A stretch of DNA of 64,000 nt from Eledone cirrhosa. Its lineage: Eukaryota. Position numbers and translations under genes: made by a program. The stretch spans positions 104,284,001 through 104,348,000 of the forward strand of contig OZ024743.1 in assembly GCA_964016885.1 (NCBI GenBank), read 5' to 3'. Shown here piece after piece: positions 54,575 to 64,000 of this stretch; the stretch's first letter is position 1; each line of letters begins with the position of its first letter. The notes beneath the pieces are model-generated. The model ran no database searches and was not told the DNA's origin. It saw only the letters and a program-made list of their open reading frames with translations.

Positions 54575-54898
54575 TTTTACGTCCACTTTTCCCTGCTTGC
54601 AAGGGTGGGACGGGAACTGATTCTGACTTGATTTCTACAGCTGGATGCCCTTCCTAACACCAACCTCATTTACAGTGAGTACTGGGTGCTTTTTTGCCGT
54701 GGCACCTCCACGACCACTTTGCAGTGGAATGATAGGGACCCCAGTCCCTATCATCTCATTTCTACAGCTGAGTAAACTGGAGCAATGTGAAATAAAGTGT
54801 CTTGCTCAAGGAAACAACACATCACCCGGTCTGAGAATTGAACTCACAACCTTTCGATTGCAAGGCCAATGCTCTAACCACTAAGCCATGTGCCTCCA
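54575..54898 (-). mobile_element. SINE family A, well-preserved copy
   Basis: Nearly identical to 28610-28920 reversed. Confidence 0.9.
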
Positions 54899-54921
54899 CA
54901 TATATATATATATATATCTGC

Positions 54922-54963
<42 letters not shown>

Positions 54964-55770
54964 GTGTGTGTGTGTTTGGGTACCTACTGGAAATGCATGT
55001 GGATATGTTTGCATGTGTGTGTGAAGATGTGTGTATGTATGCATGTGTGGATGTATGTACATGTGTGTACATATATGCGTGTGTGTGTGAAAATGTAGGC
55101 ATGTGTGTTAGGATATGTGTACATGTGTGTATATGTGTGTGTGAGTATGTGTGTACATGTATGTGAGTATGTGTGTACATGCGTGTGTGAGGATGTATTT
55201 GAGGATGTATGCATTTTATTTATGTCTGGTATTTCATATGTGTTTATGCCTGCATAAGTGTGTGTGTGTGGAGTATGTGTTGTGTGTGTGGAGTGTGTGT
55301 GTGGAGTTTGTGTTGTGTGTGTGGAGTGTGTGTTGTGTGTGTAGGTGTGGTGTGTGGTAAGTGTATGTTGTTGGTGCATGTATGTATGTGTATGTGTGTG
55401 TTTCTTGTGCTGTGGTATGTCTTTGTACAGTGAATTCCAAACCTACTAAATTAGATATGTCTTTAAAAGAGAGGGGGGGGAGGGCAGATACATATTTAAA
55501 GATAGAAATAGAAAGAAAGCATGATGTAGTAAGAGAAAGGAGGAGAAAGAGGGTGTGAGATGGACAGACAGACAGACGGACATACAGCAGACAGAATGAA
55601 GATTAGAGACATAAATAGAAAGACATATGAGGTGAAGAGTAGAAGGGAGAGAGAGAGAGAGAGTGTGTGCGTGTGTGTAGACTTAGAAAGAATAGGCATA
55701 TTATTCAGAATGATGGAGGGAGTAAGAAAGAGAAGAAATAAACAAATGTGTTCAAGTAGAGAGATAGATT

Positions 55771-55855
<85 letters not shown>

Positions 55856-55933
55856 AAAGTAAGAGAGGCAGAGAGAAAGAGAGACAGACAGATAGACACA
55901 CAGACAGATAGATAAATTATATATATATATATA

Positions 55934-55978
55934 CTGATGATTTCTTTTGAATGAAACAGTTCTACTCCTGTAGAAGCC
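55934..55978 (+). ncRNA. 5'-truncated hammerhead of the 28235 family
   Basis: (TA)n-CTGATGA-tttcttttgaat-GAAA-cagttctactcctg-TA-gaagcc; the 5' strand of stem I is missing. Confidence 0.75.
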
Positions 55979-56152
55979 ATTTCTATATCAAACATGATAT
56001 ATATATATATATATATATATATATCCAAAATTAATTAAATTAAATTAAATTAAGGGAGTCATGTCCGAGACATGCACCATATCCATATCTCTCTCTTGCT
56101 ATATATATATATATAATATATAAGATCAAAAGATGGTTAAAGGAGTTCCATG

Positions 56153-56223
56153 TATTTTATTATGCGCATTTCAAAAACAAACATCATCATGCAATAATAT
56201 TTGTGTTTTCATCAGATAAAACA
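56153..56223 (-). ncRNA. Hammerhead of the 9811 family inside an element with inverted ends (56117-56311)
   Basis: gttttat-CTGATGA-aaacacaaatatt...tgtttgttttt-GAAA-tgcgca-TA-ataaaat. Confidence 0.85.
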
Positions 56224-56398
56224 GGAGAACATGATATGAAGGCTAAAAAACACTTGTGGATAGTGCAGTTTTAAATCAACATCTTAATTAACCATCTTTT
56301 GATCTTATATATTATGTATACTCCAGTCCTACAAACTGTAGAGAGCTTCTTATCCGATATCTGCATTGCTTTATTGTACTACAATAAAACTCACCTCC

Positions 56399-56433
<35 letters not shown>

Positions 56434-56789
56434 CAAGAGAGAAACAGAGAGGGGGTTTTGTGGAGAAGTTATTTGTGAAGACATTGATGATTCATTAGTC
56501 ATTAGTAAATAGTAACTAGTTAACTAGTCAGTTTGTTGTGTTGGTTGCTGTGCTGGAGGTGGTTGCAGTAATGGTGGTGGTGTTGATAGTGATGGTGCTG
56601 ATGGTGGTGACCCAGGGTTTGATATCTTCTGATTTTGAGAAGCATTTATAATGGATATTTTTTGCATTCTACTTATCTTTTATCATGTAAGTGAACATAT
56701 GAACTATTTAATACTAAATATAAACTGACTGTACAAAATTAGATTTAGAACTAGCAATGGTCAAATAAATATATATATATATATATATA

Positions 56790-57027
56790 TCTAACTCTAA
56801 AGTCTGTCTTAAGCCAGAAGGCTCATTTGGTCGGTGTTTAACCCTGTTTCGTGGTATGAAGCAACTGAGAGTACAAGACTCCCCCCTGGACAGGATGCCA
56901 GGGGGGAGTCTTGTACTCAATTTCAGCTGAATATACTGGAGCAACATGAAATGAAGTGTTTTACTCAAGAACACAACACGCAACCCAGGAATCGAACCTA
57001 CAACATTACCACTAGGCCACGTGCCTC
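56790..57027 (-). mobile_element. tRNA-derived SINE (family A-like head)
   Basis: ggaggcacgtggcctagtggt...ggttcgattcc; gtgttcttgagtaaaacacttc. Confidence 0.8.
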
Positions 57028-57073
<46 letters not shown>

Positions 57074-57522
57074 CTATTTTCATTGGTGAGATTAATTAAG
57101 CTGAATGCATTTTTTTACCCTTCATTCTTCAAGAGCGAATAGTTATAGTAGCAGCATATTTATTATTCAAAGTTCAATAAGACCAAGGACTAGTATGATT
57201 ATCATTTATTTATACATCTATGGTCATTTCAATGCAACTAGAGAAAAAAACCCAAATATTATCAGTTAATAACTCCATTATTGGTGCTTTACTCTAAGCT
57301 GTATCTCTGCAGTTTTGTACCTTGAATCTTGTATAATTCTTGATAATTTGTCTTATGATTTAAAACAAATTATTGTTATTTTATTATATTTCCTACAGAG
57401 ATAAGGCTTAGAGTAAAGCACCTATAAGGGAGTAACTTTAACATTTAAACTAGCCATATTCGGTCAGACCTCTATCACTTCTTTCTGTTCAAACTGGCTG
57501 TAACCAGCCACTCATACCAACA

Positions 57523-57739
57523 TTAACCCTTTAATGTTCAAACCGGCCAGAATTCTCTACCTCTTTCTGTTGAAACTGGCTGTAACTGGTCACTCAAACC
57601 GATGTTAAGATATTGTTCTCAAAATAAATACTTTCAAAATCTCTAGATTCGATATTATGTGAGATAATTAAGTGAAGTAACGCCCTTACCATGGAAATAT
57701 AATAGTATATATAGAGTAATATGAATGCTAAAGGGTTAA
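57523..57739. mobile_element. piggyBac-like MITE within a related tandem or nested copy (57435-57880)
   Basis: TTAA-ccctttaatgttca...gaatgctaaaggg-TTAA. Confidence 0.75.
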
Positions 57740-58118
57740 GGTATTATTCTCAAAACAAATATCATCAAAATCTCATAAATTCATAGATTCGATATTATGT
57801 GAGATAATTATGTAAGATAAAGCCTTTACTGTGAAAATATAATAATAAATATAGAGTAATGTAAATGCTAATAGGGTTAGCTGATAATATGTTTTTTTCT
57901 CCAAAATTGATGAAATAATCTAGCCACGTTCAAATGACCGTAGATGTATAAAATAATAATAACATTTATCCTTGGTCTTATTGAATTTTGAACTCTTTCT
58001 CTATATATATATATATATATTATTATAAATGTAAGCTATTGCCGTATTTTGACTAAAGAAATTATTTAGCCTGATAGTGGGGTTAAGAACCCTCAGAGAA
58101 ATGGAAAAAGATGAGTAT

Positions 58119-58190
58119 TGACGTACATGGGAGTTGAACCCACATCTTTAGTTATCGGGACCACTGTGCTACCATTTACACCAACACATA
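58119..58190 (-). other. tRNA-like sequence (SINE head or tRNA pseudogene)
   Basis: TGGTGTAAATGG (A box) ... GGTTCAACTCC (B box) at tRNA-like spacing; acceptor stem does not pair. Confidence 0.6.
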
Positions 58191-58634
58191 TATATATATT
58201 TATATGAAAATATTGTCGCCATAGTGCAAATAACTAAAATAATGGTTGATAACTTTAATAATAGTTGCATAAATAGGCAGTAATCCTAGAGATGGAAAAA
58301 AGTGGACAGAGACATGTTTGTTCTCCCTTTTAGAAATGTAGACCATGTTGGATAATGTGTTCACTGGGCTGAACAACAACAACTGCAACAATGATAACAA
58401 TAACAACAACAATGCCATAAGCAACAACAGCAGCAACTACAGTAATGGTAACAACAACAGCAGCAGTAATAACAACATTGGTAGCAACAATAACAACAGC
58501 AGTAACAACAGCAGTAACAACAACAACACCATCATCATCAACATCAACACGTCTCATGTTTATCCCTTTTTACATGTTTAGTCTACGAGTTGTTATGACC
58601 AAATCATCTGCTTGAGTGATTAAGTACATGGTGT

Positions 58635-59131
58635 TAGTATCATGATAAAATGCACCCAGTACGCTCTGTAAAGTGGTAGTGCTGGTGCTACAAAAATTCA
58701 CCCAGTTCATTCTGTAAAGTATAAGTGCTGGTGCTATGAAAAAATGCACCCAATACACTCTGTAAAATTGCATTGATGGTGTCCCAAAAATTGTACCCTG
58801 TACATTCTGTAAAGTGGTAATGGTAGTTTCAAGAAAAAAATGTCTGCAGTAAAACTCTAGTGGTGATGTCACAAATAAACACCCAGTACACACTGCAAAA
58901 TGTTAGTGATGGTGGTGCCATGAAAAAGACAAACACACCCAATACACTCTGTAATGTGGTTGGCTTTAGAAAGGACATCCAGCTGTATTAATATGCCAAA
59001 TATGGAACATATGAGCAAGATGGGGTTTCTCTGACCTGCCTAGTCCCAGACCATAGAAACCCATCAAACCCATGCCAGCGTGGAAAAGTAGACATTAAAC
59101 AATGATGCTGGTAATAATGATGATGGTGGTA

Positions 59132-59178
<47 letters not shown>

Positions 59179-59221
59179 GGTGGTGGTAATGATGATGATG
59201 GTGGTGGTGGTGGTGGTGGTA

Positions 59222-59253
<32 letters not shown>

Positions 59254-59602
59254 GGTGGTATTGATGATGATGGGGGTGGTGATGATGATGGTGGTGGTGG
59301 TGGTAATGATGATGATGATGATGATGATGGGGGTGGTGATGATGATGATGATGATGATGGTGGTGGCAATGATGATGATGGTGGTGGTGGTAATGATGAT
59401 GATGATGATGATGAAGGTGGTGATGGTAATGATGATGATGGTGGTGGTGGTGATGGTGATGGTGGTAATGATGATGGTGGTAGGGGTGGTGGTAATGATG
59501 ATGATGATGATGGTGTTAATGATGATGCTGATGGCGGTGGTGGTTATGATGATGGTGGTGGTGGTAATGGTGATGATGATGATGCTGATGGTAATGATGA
59601 TG
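58635..59602 (+). mobile_element. RTE-tail element with subrepeats and a ~500-bp (GAT/GGT)n tail
   Basis: aaaatgcacccagtac..ctgtaaagtggt subrepeats, aacccatgccagcgtggaaaag terminus, flanking 34-bp direct repeats. Confidence 0.8.
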
Positions 59603-60781
59603 AAATCATCCTCTTGAGTGATTAAGTACAAGGTGTCCTGTTATGTTCAGCCACAGCTTTCATCTTTCATAATATAATTAGAATTAACATTCCTCTATAG
59701 TAGTTTACCTGTTGAATTAGAAAGATTCTGAATTTCTTGAGTTATTTTAGATGTTTGCCATCTGTTTTATGTCTGCAATATATATATTTTTTATTGCTTT
59801 TTTTTTTTTGTATATAAGAGTAATTTTTTAGTGTTCTTTTTTCCTATCCAATTTTATGTGGTGTGCAATGGCAACATATGTAAGGAGTGCCCCACCCAGC
59901 AAGGAAAGGTGTCTACTGACTTGCATGCAAGGTTGTTGCTCTCCAATCTAGTAATCTAGTTTGTGTCTTGACATGTGCAACTGTCGTACATGCATATGAA
60001 TTTCTTTCTAAACCACAACTAGTTATTTCTAGTTGAGGGCTCATGTTACTGTAAAGTGTTTTGTTTGTATCAGTGTTGGTACATCATCATCACCATTATC
60101 ACCATCATTCAGCACAAAATGTCAGATATTCTCCATGTATGTATGTGTGTTTGTATGGACCTATAACTCCTGCTGGAGTTGTAAGGATGCAATTGTGGGC
60201 ATACAGCATGTCTTGGGCACTTTAAACCTAGCAGAGCTCATCTCCTCCCCCATGTCAGAACACTGTTAATTTTTCTAGGGTAGGAAAGGGTGTATGTGTG
60301 AGAGAGTGAGAGAGAAAATGAGAAAGCTTCTCTTCATGATACACCAACAAACCCAAGCTAACAGTAAAGCCTCAACATTCCTCAACCTGTTAGAAATAGC
60401 AGTCAAAACTACCTCAAATAATATCCTACTGCTTTAAAAACAAAACAAGGTACAGTACATTAGATAATGTAGTCCTATATACACTATGGCTGATATAAAG
60501 AAAGAAAAATGGCAGTTCTTCTTCCTGAAAACTATTATTAATGGTTTTGTGTTGTGTATGGATGTATATGTATAGGTAGCTAATGGTAACATCATAAACC
60601 AGACAATGAAAGGTCATCAACCCCCAACCTTCTCAAACCTTGTTCATCTGTTCTACCTCTCCAGTGTGCAGAACCTCAGGTGTATGCAGGCTCCTGGTCC
60701 TAGCAGGCAGAAGAGAGAAAGCATTGCCCTTTCTATAAAAATTCTTATGAAAACCTTTGAAGATTGATTTTATGCTCTTAC

Positions 60782-62476
60782 CTGTTTATCTGGTGTAGCA
60801 GGTCCTGGAGTAATTAGGACTTCAGTTTTGGGTATGTCTTCACCATGTCCATTGACCATTGGACTATTTTCCTTGGAGACGACTTGTTCTGCGAAAGTGA
60901 CTGAGTTTGTAGTGGGTGGAGTTTCTGGTTCCGTATAAACGGCATCACCAGATTTTGATGACTCAGCTTGGGAAGGTGATGGTTCTCTTGTGTCTACCGT
61001 ATTTGTTGCAATAACAACAGTAGGTTTAGCTGTTTGATCTGCTGCTGCTGCTGCTGGTTCAACAGTTGCTGCAATAGAGACAGTTGCTGCAGCTGCTGCA
61101 GACTCTTGCAGTTCAGGTGCATCTGACTGTGTTGTAACAGTCTCTGTAGGTTTCTCCTCTACTACAGGAGTCTGTTCTACTGCATATGCAGTTGCTATCA
61201 CAGGTACAGGTGTGATTTCTGGTGCAGGTGTAGGTTCTGGTACAGGAGTAAGTGGTTCTTCTACCTGTGGTGTTGTTGCTACAATGACCACAGGTGTGGG
61301 CTCTGGTGGAGGTGGCTCATAAACCTCAGGTGTTGTTGATACCACAGGTGTCGTTGCTACTACAACCACGGCTGTGGGCTCTGGCGAAGGTGGTTCTTCT
61401 ACAACAGGTGTAAGTTGTGGTGGCGGTGTTGTTGCTACTACAACCACAGGTGTGGGCTCTGGTGGGGGTGGTTCTTCTACAACAGGTGTAGGCTGTGGTG
61501 GTGGTGTTGTTGCTACTACAACCACAGGTGTGGGCTCTGGTGGAGGTGTTGTGGGTACTACAACCACAGGTGTGGGTTGCGGTGGAGGTGGTTGTTCTAC
61601 CACAGGTGTAGGCTGCGGTGGAGGTGTTGTTGGTACAACTACAGGTGTGGGTTGTGGTGGAGGTGTTGTTGGTACAACTACAGGTGTAGGCTGTGGTGGA
61701 GGTGGTTGTGCTACCACAGGTGTAGGTTGTGGTGGAGGTGTTGTTGGTACAACTACAGGTGTAGGCTGTGGTGGAGGTGGTTGTGCTACCACAGGTGTAG
61801 GTTGTGGTGGAGGTGTTGTTGGTACAACTACAGGTGTAGGTTGTGGTGGAGGTGTTGTTGGTACAACTACAGGTGTGGGTTGTGGTGGAGGTGTTGTTGG
61901 CACTACAATGACAGGTGTAGGCTGTGGTGGGGGTGATTTTGCCACAGGTGACGTTGGCACTACAACCACAGGTGTAGGCTGTGGTGGGGGTGATTTTGCC
62001 ACAGGTGACGTTGGCACTACAACCACAGGTGTAGGCTGTGGTGGGGGTGATTTTGCCACAGGTGACGTTGGCACTACAACCACAGGTGTAGGCTGTGGTG
62101 GGGGTGATTTTGCCACAGGTGACGTTGGCACTACAACCACAGGTGTAGGCTGTGGTGGAGGTGGTTGTTTTATCACAGGTGCTGGAGAAATTGTATGCTC
62201 TGGTTCTGTAACATGTGTTTGTACCACTGCTGGGGTTTGAGTAACTGTATGTTGAGGCTGTGTTTGCTCTGTCCTTTGTTTTGGTGTAGGTTGTGCTGTT
62301 TCTGGTGTTTTTGTTCGCTTCACAGCTGGTTTAGGCTTCCCTGCAAGTGTGGGCCTTGGTGCTGGAGCAGGTTTAGGGGCTGGTGTTGGTTTAGGACCAA
62401 TAACTGGCTTTGGTGCTAGAACAGGTTTAGGTGCTGGTACTGGCTTTGGTGCAGGGACAGGCTTAGATGGCTCCAT
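60782..62476 (-). CDS. Large exon of an unidentified host gene encoding a Pro/Thr/Val-rich low-complexity repeat region
   Basis: 565 open codons with peptide repeats varying at third positions; aagATGG start context; donor CAG|GTAAGA at 60782/60781; upstream acceptor ttctttatctctttcag at 62594-62578. Confidence 0.85.
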
Positions 62477-62634
62477 CTTGTTTTATTTCTGTGTTTATAT
62501 ATATATATATATATATATATATTCCTTTTCCAGGTATTCTCTCAGAATCTATAGGATCTGCTTTGGTTTGCCCTTTTCTGAAAGAGATAAAGAATTTGTG
62601 CTATTATTGTTATTATTGATAATAAAAGGAATTA

Positions 62635-62850
62635 TGGATTGGCAGAATCAGTAGATCATTGGATAACAATCTTTGCAGCATATAGTTAAGACCCTTTATG
62701 TTCAGAGTTCAAATCCTGCTGAGGTTACCTTTGTCTTTCATTCTTATTGGTATGAAAAAAATAAGTACCAGTAACACTGAGGTCGATTTAATCAGCTTCC
62801 CCTTCCCTTCAAATTGCTGGCCTTGGGCCAAGAGTAGAAACAATTATTGT
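62635..62850 (+). mobile_element. SINE family B
   Basis: ggattggcagaatcagtag...agttcaaatcc...aagtagaaacaatta. Confidence 0.8.
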
Positions 62851-63177
62851 TGTTGTTTTTCTAAGTTCAAATCCTTCTGATCAGGAAAGGGTTGACCTTA
62901 AATTTCATAACTCTGGGGTCAATAAAATAATTACTGTTCAAGAAGTGGTTGGGTGGGGTTATAAAGAGAACTTGGTTCTTAGCACATAAAACAGACACAC
63001 ACGTAACTAGATAGATGTGGACACACAAGTTACCCCCTCCCCACCATATATATATATATATAAATAAATAAATGGTTATTAATTGCCAAGAAGTTCACAG
63101 GGTATTTAATAAATATAAATATGGTGCCAGGAAAAAACTAGGCAGGAAGATGTGGACAGAATAAGGATTTATTGTGT

Positions 63178-63296
63178 ATTCTATATTTAACATATGTTTC
63201 TGTACTATTACATAATAGTCTACATCCACTGACTACATTATATAATGTTTATTCGTATGCATTGTGTCTGGAATTGCACTTCATCAGAAAGAGAAT
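63178..63296 (-). ncRNA. Candidate hammerhead with an enlarged stem II domain
   Basis: attctcttt-CTGATGA-agtgc...gtaca-GAAA-catatg-TT-aaatatagaat: palindromic stem III, weak stem I. Confidence 0.55.
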
Positions 63297-63431
63297 TAAT
63301 AGGGAAAAAATTGGTTATATTCTTAGTTGTGAGTTCCACATTTCTGCAATAAGCATCGCTTACTGCTGACAAAGCTAATATACAAATTCTATTTTGGAAT
63401 ATAGAGAAAATCGGACTCAAAATATAATATA

Positions 63432-63893
63432 CTAGCAGTGGTACCCGGTGTTGCACGGGATAAAGTATTTTGGAACGCGGGCCACCAACAGACCTAATCG
63501 TGGAAAAACTGCATGCCTGGACAATATGTAAAGAAAATAAACCGAATACGCTGATGACTGGATAATCTTTAAAATTTTCCCCGATGAAGCAGGAAAAATG
63601 CAGGTTTTCACCTAATGCAGGCCCTAGGAGATCAAGAAAATGAATTTTTATTATGTGCATAATATGCCTTGAAATTTCGGGAAAATCGGCTAGGCCTCAA
63701 AAAAGCCCTAAAAAGCTGAAAAAACCCAGTTTTTCACATAATGCAGGCCCTAGGGGATCAAAAAGTTGAATTTAATGTGCATAACACTCCCTGAAACATA
63801 AATAATACACATGTAAAGTTTGAAAAAAATCGGTTGGATACTTCTCGAGTTTTAGGGATTCAAACACACAGACAGACATCCTCAGTTTTATAT
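63432..63893 (-). mobile_element. Non-autonomous Helitron-like element
   Basis: Minus strand ends with hairpin cccgtgcaacaccggg, 8 nt, then CTAG|T; a (ctgt) tract lies near the other end; internal ~31-bp direct repeat. Confidence 0.7.
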
Positions 63894-64000
63894 CTCTTTT
63901 ACAGGGGGTTACAGGCCAAATGATCCCCCCCCCCCCACACCGCATACAAATCTAGTAAAAGAAATAAGGAGATGAGGCACATCTTTGATGACTGGAATTA

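Noticed and set aside
61374-62654. Gly/Cys/Trp-rich plus-strand ORFs
   Set aside because: Antisense shadows of the Pro-rich exon.
63551-63600. CTGATGA...GAAA as a hammerhead
   Set aside because: No pairing for stems I or III; inside the Helitron-like element.

Overview
AT-rich, microsatellite-dense animal genomic DNA. The repeat repertoire (RTE LINEs with (GAT)n tails, tRNA-derived SINEs, abundant (TA)n/(CA)n) looks like a coleoid cephalopod such as Octopus; this is an inference. The only convincing host coding sequence is one ~1.7-kb Pro/Thr/Val-rich exon on the minus strand (62476-60782). The rest is transposon relics and tandem repeats: three related RTE copies plus other RTE fragments, CR1/L2, CRE-type RLE and Penelope-like (PLE) fragments, Tc1/mariner, pogo-like and piggyBac-like MITEs, a Helitron-like element and minisatellites. 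The most striking signal is about a dozen minimal type I hammerhead ribozyme (HHR) motifs (stem I-CUGANGA-stem II-GAAA-stem III, often palindromic-NUH-stem I') from several unrelated sequence families. Most sit in short elements in or beside (TA)n runs, often as inverted or palindromic duplications. One lies downstream of a PLE ORF C-terminus. All folding was done by eye; no searches were run.
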